Source of the DNA: an uncultured virus (IMG/VR IMGVR_UViG_3300002092_000038)
Taxonomy: Duplodnaviria; Heunggongvirae; Uroviricota; Caudoviricetes
Direction: 5' to 3' (one strand)
DNA length: 64,000 nucleotides
Virus record (IMG/VR): IMGVR_UViG_3300002092_000038
The notes beneath the pieces were generated by a model. That model saw only the letters and a list, made by a program, of their open reading frames with translations. It did not search any database and was not told the origin of the DNA. A program made the translations under genes and the position numbers. Below are positions 30,801 to 41,390 of the stretch, in pieces (positions within the stretch are counted from its first letter, which is position 1; the number at the start of each line of letters is the position of its first letter).

Positions 30801-33800
30801 TAATTCTTCATCTGAAGCTATTTCTTTATTATTTTTAGTAGCCCATTTATACATCTTTTCTTTAAAGTGATTATTCACTTTAATTTCCATACCTAAAATT
30901 TCTCCATTTTCTCCTTCTCTATAAAATTTAAGTTCATTAGATGTAAGTTGTATTCTTTGTCCTGCTGCTTTAGCTGCATCAAATTTTTCTTTAGTATCTA
31001 AAGTAGTCCAAGTACCATCTTCATTTTTAGCTACAGCATTTCTGCCATTCTTTTCCCATAATTCTCCTGAAATTAATATTTTTGGACCACCATTTATTTT
31101 TGGCCTAATAACATGTTTCTCTATTAAAGAATTGATTATATACTCTAAACTTTGTCTATTTGCTAATTGGTCTATATTGATTACATCTTTACCATTTTCA
31201 TCCTTAGTTATTCTTATAGCATCTTTTAAGTTAGCTGGTAAATTATAGAGATTAGTCATTTGTTTCAAAAACTTTAAAAGTTTTTCTGGATTAGAAACTT
31301 CATACTTACCATTTTTATTAGATACACCAAGTTTTTTATATATAATAGGTTCTCCTTGTTTAATCATACCTTTTAAACAATTATTCATATCACTATGAAT
31401 TCTATAAAGGTCTGAATCACTTCTTTTTTGTTCTTCAGAAAGATTATCCCATTCTGCTTTTTGTTGAAAGAAGTTTTTAGAAGAATCATACCAATCTCCA
31501 GGCAAACCTGCATTCATCATATCTACAGTAGCTTGTACTCTTAACTGAGTACCTATTGTACCTTCATCATGCTGTCCTGCAGTTTCTACTATTTTATTAT
31601 AGTTTTCTAAAGGTTGTTCATAGGTTTGTTTTTGAACTTCTTCAGGAGAAAGATCATGTAAAGCTAATTTACCTACAGAATCATAATTTGAGTCTATATG
31701 ATATAAATTTTTAGCTTTATTTATTCTACCAAATTTTTGTTGTGATTTTGGCCCTATATAATCAATACCATTTTTCTGCATAAAGAAATAAAGTTCTTCT
31801 AATGGTGTATTTTCTATAGCTTCATTACCAAACAACTCCATAGTAGAAGTTTTAAGACCATTAGGCACATTAAAATCTTCATTACCAGAAAATCCTGCTC
31901 CTAAATACTTTTTAACATTAAATAATGCAGCATATTCAGGATTATTATCTATTTTTTTAGATAACTCATTTACTATCTGTTCATCTGCATGTTTTAATTC
32001 TTTACCGTGAACATCTTCTGAATATATCCTTTCTCTACCTAAGATTCTTGCTAAATCAGGATTTTTTTCTTTATCTTTTAATCTTTCTTCAAGTCTTAAT
32101 CTTTCTTGTGCTTTTTTAAGTTGAAACAGTTCTTCATGTTTAGTAGTCCAAGTACCTGCTTTAATAGCAAATTCTCTAGCTGCATCTATAGTAGCATGTG
32201 ACTGAGCATCTATAGGATTATTCTTATCTTCGTATTGTTTAGCTGCTTTATTTCCTATATGTTTTTTAATAAATTCTATTGATTTAGAAACTACTGTAGT
32301 TTTCTTATCAGTATCACCATAATCATAAGTCATACCTTTCATATTATGAGAAGCTTTCCTATAACCATAATCACCTTCTTCTAATTCTACTTCAGTATCT
32401 CCTGTTTTAGCTTTATTAAATTCTTTATTGAAATGTAAATTAAACTCATCAGAATGGAAATTCCTTTCTGTACCTGAGTTATACATTTTAGCTCTTTTTA
32501 AGAAGTCTTTATAATTAGCAGGATCACCATAAAAAAGTTTAGATAATTCTATATTATGAATTTGATAATTAGAATTAGCAAAAGACAAAATTTCTTTTAA
32601 TTCTGCATCAGTATAGAAATAATCTTCTACTTCGTTTATTTTTCTTCTAGATTGTCCCCATTCTTTTAAAAAGTCTGTATTAAGACCTTTAAACTTAGAA
32701 TAAACATCATTAACTCTTACTATAGCACTTTCTCTATGTAAAGTAGCTAAATGATCTTCTACCATTTTATTTAAAAACTTTTCTACTTCTATATTAAACT
32801 TACCTTCTACAGTTTTAAAGAATTCTTCATAACTTAAAGAAGCTAAAGAACCCTTACCATTAGCATAATCAGTAACTAGTTTAACAAGATCTGGATTTTT
32901 ACCAAATACATCTTTGAAATATCTTAATTGTTCTCCTCTAGGAGAGCCATTAACTACTTTAGCCAGTTCTTCATAATCTGCTCTGTTTTTAGATTGATTA
33001 GGATTTTTAAAATCCTTAATCATATTAATTTCATCTTCTAAATATCCTTTAAATATACCTTGATATTTTTTAATACCAGAATCTTTAAAAGCAGAAACAG
33101 GAATATAATGTTCTATTTCCATACCAAAGTCACTACTTTGATCGGCTGGAGCTGCCATTTGAAATATACCTTTACCACCATTTTCTTTTCTACCAAAAAG
33201 AAGACCGTTTAATGTATATAACATTCTTTGAGATCCTGTCATTTCTGACAATAGTACCCTATTATTATTTTCATCAACTATACCATTATCCAGTATCATT
33301 GATATTTTTTTAGGTTTACCTTCTTTATCAAAAAATTGATTTCCTTCTTTTAGTAATAAAGAATTTTTTACACCTACATCATTTTTTAATCTAGGGTTTT
33401 TATTTAAGAAATCTTCTAAATTCAAAGCTTTTCTTACAGAGCCTAATAATCTAGCATAAAAGTTTTGATTAATGTTAGTTTGAACAAATTCTTTATCCAA
33501 TCTTTGATACTGTGAAGCATATTTATCTATAGTCATATTAGCTACTATTTCTGCTAATTTTCTTATAGATGTACCTGCACCAAAAATATCTTTACCTAAA
33601 ATAGGATATTGATTTTTTTGAGCATTTAAAACATTACTATAAATAGTCTTAACTAATTCTGAAAATCCTTTAGTTAAATCTGATTTAGGATTAGAATTTA
33701 CATAATCCTCATACCTTTCCTGATCTAAACCAGTAAAGCCTATTTCTTCAAGAAATTCAAACCTTTTTTTAGTAGTAGTTGGTTCAGTGAATTTAGCACC

Positions 33801-36800
33801 TGGAGCAACAGTAAATGTTTTAGTTTGTGGATTATAATATGCTGCCTTTTTAGATTTAAAATTAGTTTCCCAATTATTTTGTAAATGTGTTACTAAACCA
33901 TCTGAATTAGCAGAAGTAGTGAAATTATTACCTGCTTCATCCCTTCTTTGCATTATACTTTCTGGAGCATATTTAGAAAAAGTTTTGAAAAACTTAGTTA
34001 ATAAATCCCAGTGTTGAGGTGTTCTATTAGCTGCTTCAACTCCAAATAAATACTTGTAAGTAGGCACTAAAGAAGGTACTCTAGTAGCCAAATCTTTCAT
34101 AGCATCATCCATTTCTTGAAGTGTACCACAATAAGATAAAGCACTCATATTTTGATAAAACAAACTATTATCTTCTACTACAGTATTGAATAACATAGCA
34201 TTATAATCATACTGAGGATCTTCTAAATTTTTATTATTAGAAGGAACACTGTCTGTAATACATTTAAATATAGTATTAAATAAAAATTGTATTTCTTTAG
34301 GAGAAGTAGCTTTAGCGTCTATTTTAAGTGTTTCTCCTCCCCAAACTTGTTTATTAGTATTTTTAGTAACTTCATCTGTACTAGCTGTTTCTGGTACAGA
34401 AGAAACATTATCTCCTACTTCTTCTTCAGTATTTTGTAAATCTAACCATTCATTTCCTGGTACAATTTTCAAACCTAAAGTAGCAAGTTTTTCTTTTATT
34501 TTATTTTCAACCAAATAATCCCATTTTTCATCATCTAACTGATAATAAGGACCATATTCGTCTTCATATTGTTTAACTAATGGTTGCATAGTTTTTGCGA
34601 AACCATCTAATTGTCCTTGACTAAATTTTTCATCAGGATACATCAACTGTTCGTTAATATCTTCTTTAATATTATTAAGAAGTTTTTTAACATCAATTTT
34701 ACCATCAGTAATAGCTGCTAAACCTCCATTATCAATACCTAAGTATTTATGAATTTTTCCTATAACACCTTCAAATAAAGCTCTACCAGTTTGAGTAGTA
34801 ATAGATGTACCATCTTTAAATTGGATCATATCTCTTACAGGTGCAAATTTTCTATCAAAAAATTTAGCATCTTTAAAATATCCTGCATTTATTTTATTAA
34901 ATAAATCTTTTTGTGTTACAGTAGTACCTAAACCAAAGAAATCTTTAATAAATTTCTTTAATTTCATAAAGAAACTCATTTTAACAGGTTCTTCAAAGAC
35001 CTTACCAGTTATATTATGTTCCCTGAATTCATCGGCAAGTTGTTCCATTATTTCCAAATCTGTATGAAGATCTGAATATTTCTTAGTTTCACCAAACCTA
35101 TTAGTATATTCTCCTTTTTTATTCTTAAACTCATTAAGTATAGCTCTTTGTTCTTTAGGAGAAAGATAACTATCAAATACAGCATGGAAAGCTTCATGGA
35201 ATCCAGTACCTTCTATTGCTCCTAAACCTAATGATATAGTTTTATAAGCATCATTATATTGTCCCCAAGAATATCCACCTGCACTATTCCTAAGCATATA
35301 AGGAAGATCACTTACTAAAAATCCAGGCAATACTTTTTCCATCCAATCTTTAAAAGCCTGGACATTTTCAAGTTTAGCTCCTTTTTCAAGTTCACTAATA
35401 GACATATTTTTAATAACATTGTCTCTATCACCTGAAGGTCTTTTATTTTGCCTTTTTCTCATAGCAGAAGCTACTGCTTCAGCATTTTCATTAGCCTGAA
35501 CAGGATTTTCAGAAGGTTTAATTTCTTCTATTTTTGTCTCTGGTTGTTGTTCAAGTGCTTTTAGCTCGGCATCATATCTGTTATAGATAGTGTCCCAACT
35601 AGTACTCCCCCAACCATCTCCAGGTCTACGTCCTTCTAACTCTTGATCTCTTCTTTGTCTTATCTCTTCTCTCTTAGCTTCTATATCTGTAACAGGTACT
35701 TTAATCTCTTCTTTAGGAACTTCTTTAACTGGTTCTACTGTTTGTTTATCTAATTCAGCTTGTATATTCTTAGTAAGAAAGTTTTTAATAGTAGCAGCCA
35801 TAGTATTCCAATTCTCTTCAGGTTTTGGATCGTATGTACCACCAATACTTTCTACTACTTCTTTAGATAATTCACCAGCCAGGGTATTATTAAGTTGTAA
35901 AATATCAATAACAGGCTTATTATCTACTATTTCAACAGTGTAATGTATATCTCCTGCTCCTTGTATTTTACTTATTAAAACATTTTCTGTTTTACCGTCT
36001 GTTACAAGATCATCAGTAGTTTTATCTCCTATAGGAAAAGTAACTTTGATAGAAGAAGGACTTTCAACAGAGGTTTTATCTGTATTTGTTGATTCTGTTT
36101 TAGTAGCATTTATAGGTTCATATTTCTTAGGTTCATGGTTTGGTTTATCTAAAACTTCTTTAGATACCTGACCATTACCTGTAGTAATATAAACACCTGA
36201 TAAATTAGGTTTACCATTAACAGACTCATCACTATTAACAGTTAAAGGTACTTCTGTATTATCTCTACCTTCTGAAGAAGTAAGATATTCAGTGTAATTA
36301 CTCCATTCTTTTGTGATAGGTAGATTTTTATCATCAAACCCAGTTACTTCATAATAAGTTAAATTAGCATCACCTCTTTTAGCTTTTAAAAGTTCTTGAG
36401 AAAGTACTACATGGTGTAAACCTTCAATAAAAGCTGTTATTTTTTCTTTATTAGCTTCTAAAGCATCAGGAGTAAAAGGAATTCTTTCTTTATTACCTAA
36501 CATTAAATATGGTAAATTAGTTCTTCTATTTACTAAAATAGAAACTTGATTATCATACCTATTTTTTGGAAAACCTTCACTATCTACAGTATACTCAATT
36601 GTTTTAGCATTAGGATCTTTTGCTTCTGGTCTATTATTAAAAAATATAACAGAAGAAAGGAATTTCTGAACATTATATTTTTTACTTTTTCTAACTGCAT
36701 CAGGATCTTCTTTACCACTTTCTACATCAGCAAGAGCTGAAGTACTAGCTAACCATTCTAAACATTTGTATATAACACTTACATTTTTAGGTGTAAATCT

Positions 36801-39800
36801 TTTACTATCCAAAACTTGTACAGAAGAACCTCTAACCCAAAAAGGTATACCAGTAGGAACCATTACTTCTTTATCTCCTATGAAAATACCTTTACCTCCT
36901 AAAGTACTTATTTGTACCATAGGATAAGCTAAATTGTTATTATCAACTAGACCAGTTTTAGATAATGGCGTAGTTCTTTTTTTACCTCCTACAGGTTTAT
37001 CAATAAAACCATTAGATATTTCAAATACATGTTCTATAGGATTTTCAGCAGTACTATTAAATATTAATTTATTTTCTTCATGAAACTGTTTTGTATATTT
37101 ATCTACATCTTCAGCAGAAGTATCTTGAAAACTGTTAGTACCATCTTCCCATTTTAAATCACTAGGTCTAGCAGTATAAATCATACTGCTATAATCTTCT
37201 TCAGTATGTTCTGTTCCTACTTCTTTAAGCTTTTTACCATTATTATCAATAGTCCATTTCTTATTATCCTTATCAGTATGAACCAATATCATATAAACAG
37301 GATCGGGATAATTTGAATTGGTTTTTCTTTTTTCAGCAGCATTAGTTAAATCAGCTTCAGTTATAAAGCCTTTTAAACCTAATTTTTCTTGATTTCCTGA
37401 ATGAATAAATAAAACAGTAGGCTGCTGATAATTTCCATTTTTATACTTAAGATCTGTATTTTTCCAAAAATTAATTTTAGAAGTATCAGAAATTTTAGAT
37501 AAAAAAGTATTAGCTCTTTCTGCCCATCTATTTCTTGATTCTAACCATGTTTTTAAGCTAGGATACTTTGATATTAAAAACTGAGTATCAAGCACTATTG
37601 AAGACCTAATAGCTCTGTTAATAGGTTTTTTTGCGCCTTTTTGTCCACTAGGTTTGCCTGTAGCTTTTTGGATAGCTTCGTTAGCTTTAGATTGAGCAGT
37701 TTCTTTAACAGTGTCAGGAGCATCTACTTCATATGAAGCTTTTCCAGGTTCCCAATAAGAGTTTTTATCTACTAGATCAAGTTCTTTTTCAATATTTTCA
37801 GCTTTAGCTTTTAATATTTCTTCTACTTTCCTATTATCTTCTTCTTTATCTCCATTTTTAAAGAAATCTTTATCTTCTTCTGACCAAGAAGAACCGTCCA
37901 TTTTTGTTACTTTACCATTGGCAAATTCTTCTACATTAATATCTTCTTCTTTGTTGTCTTGTGTTACAAATTTTAATTTATTATCTGTAGGAGAGTATTC
38001 TAGTATACCTGTTTCAGTATTTGCTTTTTGTAATTCTTCTAGTTTTTTATCATAAAGGTCTCTATATTCTTTTCTAAGATCTTCTAATTGTTTTTGTCTT
38101 TTATCTTCTAATTTAGATTTTTCAAAATCTAAATCAATATTGTTTCCTTGTGCTAATTGTTCTTTTTTCTTTTTTAAACCTTCATTATAATCGTTATCTA
38201 TAGCATTAGAAGCTTTAGCAAAAGCTATTCTAGCTTTATTATCTAGTCTATTTTTTAAATCAGGAATACTGATATTAAGTTCTTTTTTAAGATCTTCTAA
38301 TCTTTTCTGTTCAGCATCATAATATTTATGTATTCTAAAATGTTCATCTTCTAAGCTATTTTTAGCTTCTAACATTTTTTTTCTAATATCTTCTATATCA
38401 GTATCTTTTTGTTTAGAAGATGGTTGTGACTGAAGTTTCTTCCAATCTTCTTCTAACTTAGCATAAGAATCCTTGTGAGCTTCTTCTGATGAATTTATGG
38501 CCCATTCTCTTTCTTCTTCTAAAGAAGCTTGTTTAGTTTCAATTACTTCTGTTTTAGTTTCTTTAGTCTTATCTTTAGATTCTCTAACAACTCTTTTAAA
38601 CTTGTTTCTATCATAAAATTTAGCTCTTTTAGTCATACTTTTAGTCTGACCTATATCATGTTTTTTAAGAAAATCTTTTTCTACAGGAAGTATATCTCCT
38701 TTCTCAGTTTTAATTAAGAGTTTACCAGCATCTTCTCCTTCTTTAATTTCTCTGATGATTTTAAATTTTCTAAAACCTATTTCTTGACCATTACTTATAG
38801 CTTTAATAGGAGAACCAGAATAATATTCTTCTCCTAATTCTATATCTTTAGCTCCTGTTTTAGTTTCTATTCCCCCAATTCTAGGATTTAATGTGTTTTT
38901 TAAAGCATAATCATAATCCTCACCATAATTTTCTGTATAAGGATTAATCATAGAAAATTTTCTATCAGTATTATACTTTTTAGGATTATTAGTTATATCA
39001 TGATATTCTTTAAGGTAATCTCTTCTAGAACTATTTAATCTAACAAGATCATTAACTTTATTTCTTAATTCTTCTTTTTGAGTATCATCTATTAATAAAC
39101 CATCTATTTTAGCAATAATACCATCATAGATTTCATGGGCTTTTATTTTCTTTTCCCCTTCTTCATTTCTAACTACAGTATTTCTACTTTCAGCAGTTAA
39201 TAACCTAGTTATATCTGTAGTAGGATTATAGGTAGAAAAACCACCATTGTCTTTATTTACAGCAGTATTTAAAAAACTATCTTGAAGTCTTTTATCTCCT
39301 CTTAATTCCTCAGCTAAAGTCTTAACTCTTTCTGTAGCATTATCAGTCATTTGAGAAAGATACAATAGTTTTTCTATATGAGAATCTGAAAAACCATTAG
39401 TTTTACCATATCTCATAGAAACTGCTTTGTAATTTTTTTCCATTTTATCTGCCATATCTTCCATATGGTCCAGATATTTTGTTAACTGGGCTTTAGCTTC
39501 TTCAGGTTTACCTTCTATATTAAATTCTTTTTGTAAAGTAGCAACTCCTTCAGGAGTAGACAATTGATCTCTGTAAGTTTTCAATTCTTTAGTTACCAAG
39601 TTTCTCATACCAAATTTAACTCTAGGAAACAAATAATTAATTAATCTTTGTTCTCTAATGTTATACTTACTAAAATCATCTTGATTAGCTATAACTGTTT
39701 GTTCATCAGTATTAAGAGATTTATCTCTTATAATACTGTTCATATTCTCATTAAGAAAAGTTTTTGCTGTTACATCATTAAATTTAGAAATAGCGTTCTT

Positions 39801-41387
39801 AGTATTTAAACCTTTTTCTTTTTGTTCTTTAAATTTTCTACCAGCTTCAAAAGGAGCAGAACCTATCATACCTAAAAAGAAAGTACTCATACCTTCTTTG
39901 GTAAATAATTTATCTACATTAGGACCTAATGCATCTTCAATTAAATCTGCTTTTCCTGTATCATATTTCTTTTTATAATAGTTTTCAACAGAGGGACCCA
40001 TAAGACTAAACTCAGCAAGTCCTATACCAGCCCAAGGATCTACTAATTTTCCTGCAAATTTACCACCTTGATAAATTTTATTACCTGCCCATTTAGCAGA
40101 TTTTAAAGCTTTATTATCTGTAGCTCCTACTTCAAAAGGAAGTTTCTTTTCTCCATATTGAACAGCACCATTAACGGATTCTTTATTAATAATGTTATTA
40201 GTTTCATCTAAAACTACTTTTTCAGCATCTTTTCCTATCATGCCTTTTAAAAGACCATGAAAAGAAAAAGCACTCATTACAGTTCCTAAACCAAATGTCC
40301 ACTGCCCTACAGTAGATGCCATTTCTTTTATTTTCTGTTTTTCTTCTGGTGTAGCTTCTCTTCCTTCTTTAGATTCTATTTCTTGAATCATAGACTCAGC
40401 AAACTGAGTATTAGCTTGAGAAGCCATACCAGCATTCATTCCTAACATAGAAGCAGCACCATAAACTTTTCCTTTAGCTCCTTGTATAGTAGCCATTTTA
40501 CTAGCATATGTAGCATTAATTTCATCAAAAGATGCTGTTAACTGTTCTAACTTTTCTGCTTCAGGAATTGTTTGTGACCATATTTGATTTGCTTTTTGAA
40601 TTAAGGTTGTTCCTACTTCTTCACTATTTTCAAGTTTTGATATAATAGAAGTACTTTCAGCTAATTTATCAATAGCGTTTAAATAACTAGCTGTTACTTT
40701 AGTTCCTGTACCAATACCTAAACCTTCTCCTAATCCACCAGTAAGCCAAGCAGTACCTGCTAAACCAGCACCCATACCAATAAACTCAGCCAAATGTACC
40801 CAAGAATTACCGTACTTAATCTGTCCTAAAAAAGAAGAATTTTTTTCTGCTTCTGTTGTATATAATGGTAAATTTTTATCTACCATTTTATCATAACTTT
40901 CTAACCAATCATTATAATCATTTTTAATAAAGTTACCACCAGCAGCTAAATAACCTAAACCTACTACAGGAGCAGTAAGTCCTTGAAGTAATGTTTTTGT
41001 AGCAGTACCTATAACTCTAGGTACAGTATAAGCAGCTTTTTCTAAACCTGATTGAGACCTACCATAAATATCTTCATTATCTAAACCAGGAAAATATCCT
41101 TTAGAAAACTTATCCTTAGCTTCTTTAGGTACAGTATTTTCTGTTACAGAACCTTCATCCCAAGGATTAGGTTTATATTTAGACTGAGAAAATTTATCTT
41201 CTAAAGAAGAAGTAGCTGATTTAAGATCGAACTTATCATCTTGTATGTTTAACGAAGGCAATTGTTCTACAGGTACAACAGGTTTATTAAAAAAGTCTTG
41301 CCTTTCTGATCCAGCACTTTCTTGACTTAATTCTAATCCTTTATTTATATCTAAATTATTATCAGCTAATATGTTTTTTTCTGGCAT
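27834..41387 (-). CDS. giant virion-packaged RNA polymerase (crAss-like), 4517 aa
   Basis: FRIPSQ and GSDFDVDKL catalytic loop (~30615-30634); zincin HEAFH (~35184-35198); N-terminal Gly-rich hydrophobic helices. Confidence 0.9.
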   Translation of the reverse strand: MPEKNILADNNLDINKGLELSQESAGSERQDFFNKPVVPVEQLPSLNIQDDKFDLKSATSSLEDKFSQSKYKPNPWDEGSVTENTVPKEAKDKFSKGYFPGLDNEDIYGRSQSGLEKAAYTVPRVIGTATKTLLQGLTAPVVGLGYLAAGGNFIKNDYNDWLESYDKMVDKNLPLYTTEAEKNSSFLGQIKYGNSWVHLAEFIGMGAGLAGTAWLTGGLGEGLGIGTGTKVTASYLNAIDKLAESTSIISKLENSEEVGTTLIQKANQIWSQTIPEAEKLEQLTASFDEINATYASKMATIQGAKGKVYGAASMLGMNAGMASQANTQFAESMIQEIESKEGREATPEEKQKIKEMASTVGQWTFGLGTVMSAFSFHGLLKGMIGKDAEKVVLDETNNIINKESVNGAVQYGEKKLPFEVGATDNKALKSAKWAGNKIYQGGKFAGKLVDPWAGIGLAEFSLMGPSVENYYKKKYDTGKADLIEDALGPNVDKLFTKEGMSTFFLGMIGSAPFEAGRKFKEQKEKGLNTKNAISKFNDVTAKTFLNENMNSIIRDKSLNTDEQTVIANQDDFSKYNIREQRLINYLFPRVKFGMRNLVTKELKTYRDQLSTPEGVATLQKEFNIEGKPEEAKAQLTKYLDHMEDMADKMEKNYKAVSMRYGKTNGFSDSHIEKLLYLSQMTDNATERVKTLAEELRGDKRLQDSFLNTAVNKDNGGFSTYNPTTDITRLLTAESRNTVVRNEEGEKKIKAHEIYDGIIAKIDGLLIDDTQKEELRNKVNDLVRLNSSRRDYLKEYHDITNNPKKYNTDRKFSMINPYTENYGEDYDYALKNTLNPRIGGIETKTGAKDIELGEEYYSGSPIKAISNGQEIGFRKFKIIREIKEGEDAGKLLIKTEKGDILPVEKDFLKKHDIGQTKSMTKRAKFYDRNKFKRVVRESKDKTKETKTEVIETKQASLEEEREWAINSSEEAHKDSYAKLEEDWKKLQSQPSSKQKDTDIEDIRKKMLEAKNSLEDEHFRIHKYYDAEQKRLEDLKKELNISIPDLKNRLDNKARIAFAKASNAIDNDYNEGLKKKKEQLAQGNNIDLDFEKSKLEDKRQKQLEDLRKEYRDLYDKKLEELQKANTETGILEYSPTDNKLKFVTQDNKEEDINVEEFANGKVTKMDGSSWSEEDKDFFKNGDKEEDNRKVEEILKAKAENIEKELDLVDKNSYWEPGKASYEVDAPDTVKETAQSKANEAIQKATGKPSGQKGAKKPINRAIRSSIVLDTQFLISKYPSLKTWLESRNRWAERANTFLSKISDTSKINFWKNTDLKYKNGNYQQPTVLFIHSGNQEKLGLKGFITEADLTNAAEKRKTNSNYPDPVYMILVHTDKDNKKWTIDNNGKKLKEVGTEHTEEDYSSMIYTARPSDLKWEDGTNSFQDTSAEDVDKYTKQFHEENKLIFNSTAENPIEHVFEISNGFIDKPVGGKKRTTPLSKTGLVDNNNLAYPMVQISTLGGKGIFIGDKEVMVPTGIPFWVRGSSVQVLDSKRFTPKNVSVIYKCLEWLASTSALADVESGKEDPDAVRKSKKYNVQKFLSSVIFFNNRPEAKDPNAKTIEYTVDSEGFPKNRYDNQVSILVNRRTNLPYLMLGNKERIPFTPDALEANKEKITAFIEGLHHVVLSQELLKAKRGDANLTYYEVTGFDDKNLPITKEWSNYTEYLTSSEGRDNTEVPLTVNSDESVNGKPNLSGVYITTGNGQVSKEVLDKPNHEPKKYEPINATKTESTNTDKTSVESPSSIKVTFPIGDKTTDDLVTDGKTENVLISKIQGAGDIHYTVEIVDNKPVIDILQLNNTLAGELSKEVVESIGGTYDPKPEENWNTMAATIKNFLTKNIQAELDKQTVEPVKEVPKEEIKVPVTDIEAKREEIRQRRDQELEGRRPGDGWGSTSWDTIYNRYDAELKALEQQPETKIEEIKPSENPVQANENAEAVASAMRKRQNKRPSGDRDNVIKNMSISELEKGAKLENVQAFKDWMEKVLPGFLVSDLPYMLRNSAGGYSWGQYNDAYKTISLGLGAIEGTGFHEAFHAVFDSYLSPKEQRAILNEFKNKKGEYTNRFGETKKYSDLHTDLEIMEQLADEFREHNITGKVFEEPVKMSFFMKLKKFIKDFFGLGTTVTQKDLFNKINAGYFKDAKFFDRKFAPVRDMIQFKDGTSITTQTGRALFEGVIGKIHKYLGIDNGGLAAITDGKIDVKKLLNNIKEDINEQLMYPDEKFSQGQLDGFAKTMQPLVKQYEDEYGPYYQLDDEKWDYLVENKIKEKLATLGLKIVPGNEWLDLQNTEEEVGDNVSSVPETASTDEVTKNTNKQVWGGETLKIDAKATSPKEIQFLFNTIFKCITDSVPSNNKNLEDPQYDYNAMLFNTVVEDNSLFYQNMSALSYCGTLQEMDDAMKDLATRVPSLVPTYKYLFGVEAANRTPQHWDLLTKFFKTFSKYAPESIMQRRDEAGNNFTTSANSDGLVTHLQNNWETNFKSKKAAYYNPQTKTFTVAPGAKFTEPTTTKKRFEFLEEIGFTGLDQERYEDYVNSNPKSDLTKGFSELVKTIYSNVLNAQKNQYPILGKDIFGAGTSIRKLAEIVANMTIDKYASQYQRLDKEFVQTNINQNFYARLLGSVRKALNLEDFLNKNPRLKNDVGVKNSLLLKEGNQFFDKEGKPKKISMILDNGIVDENNNRVLLSEMTGSQRMLYTLNGLLFGRKENGGKGIFQMAAPADQSSDFGMEIEHYIPVSAFKDSGIKKYQGIFKGYLEDEINMIKDFKNPNQSKNRADYEELAKVVNGSPRGEQLRYFKDVFGKNPDLVKLVTDYANGKGSLASLSYEEFFKTVEGKFNIEVEKFLNKMVEDHLATLHRESAIVRVNDVYSKFKGLNTDFLKEWGQSRRKINEVEDYFYTDAELKEILSFANSNYQIHNIELSKLFYGDPANYKDFLKRAKMYNSGTERNFHSDEFNLHFNKEFNKAKTGDTEVELEEGDYGYRKASHNMKGMTYDYGDTDKKTTVVSKSIEFIKKHIGNKAAKQYEDKNNPIDAQSHATIDAAREFAIKAGTWTTKHEELFQLKKAQERLRLEERLKDKEKNPDLARILGRERIYSEDVHGKELKHADEQIVNELSKKIDNNPEYAALFNVKKYLGAGFSGNEDFNVPNGLKTSTMELFGNEAIENTPLEELYFFMQKNGIDYIGPKSQQKFGRINKAKNLYHIDSNYDSVGKLALHDLSPEEVQKQTYEQPLENYNKIVETAGQHDEGTIGTQLRVQATVDMMNAGLPGDWYDSSKNFFQQKAEWDNLSEEQKRSDSDLYRIHSDMNNCLKGMIKQGEPIIYKKLGVSNKNGKYEVSNPEKLLKFLKQMTNLYNLPANLKDAIRITKDENGKDVINIDQLANRQSLEYIINSLIEKHVIRPKINGGPKILISGELWEKNGRNAVAKNEDGTWTTLDTKEKFDAAKAAGQRIQLTSNELKFYREGENGEILGMEIKVNNHFKEKMYKWATKNNKEIASDEELLKYLNSDAGRKLLEGVGFRIPSQGLNSFDVLKIVGFTDDSLGGVVVVPSEITTKVGSDFDVDKLNTYLKNFYIDKETGLPKRVEFFEDTNSEEVLEKIWEQHKAMEDTQLEDLTKEAFIELGKNIEDVTKVEFDDLKKIMKDSQTEIESINEFIKNNKGKDPYLVNAREAIDNKYFELLAESIIHESNLEKLLTPNSTEFLEEVEAEMDKIDPKADAKREKGDINYTDFLNMQWVNQKRQEVLEAKNATSVSANAVTSHAMMQSFPFYLNPKIQIKLPHQKIEVEKGVFATSLAGTINKVKQPISEILSQLVNTTVDAVNNPILMKLLPSIDVFSQALFLIRSGVDPMHTFFFLKQPIIQDYVREKKKNNSKSEDGKGADKKVKLSVLKNRIINNYKGGDEVSIDQLELTNEKGTGLKDILASYNKDYGSVKKMSESKRAMQRAILEEFLKYDSLASEMFEQQSGSYWGNVRKATYNNTYLKNRVYDRAGKNDNFIGLQDNFDKSWFGTLKNTVSDLSTNISSALFKLSAPVVERQTRSAMEFISDLIIKGGVDEKTRMLNNVKTNFMNFATQIFAKDKNGKPLNEEISRLMLGDKSMANRLEDVKNTLEKLEKQYNKEVRKAKKEGTEIPQEPDIIKNSAFRKLTAMISNPKNPRMVGFDSKPNGSNEADDFTTALEELKDHPQYRDFYEDLLKANLIQSGTGSNRNSISSLIPYQDYENYTNQALQAIADNNPLLNVYDKLKVLWRTNYNDDRLVPKRYKTDKFKLESGENVVHLPVVAKSGRMYEHSPVVKIKRPVDVLDKETNKVREANEQELADMRNNNQDFKENLYQNEGYQQVLDNNGQKVIINIGSIENPIYKYLYKSINLWGDGRNMGEFYTDARPSVLDKNIKVNELSDEEFLEKYKKDQKGSHIVNIEDLNKETKETITEEEEDTQTSEPEELGNSEEPSDFYDAMAKAVDDGLITKEMFDEPSSLEKGDEPEQCPF

Positions 41388-41390
41388 AAA

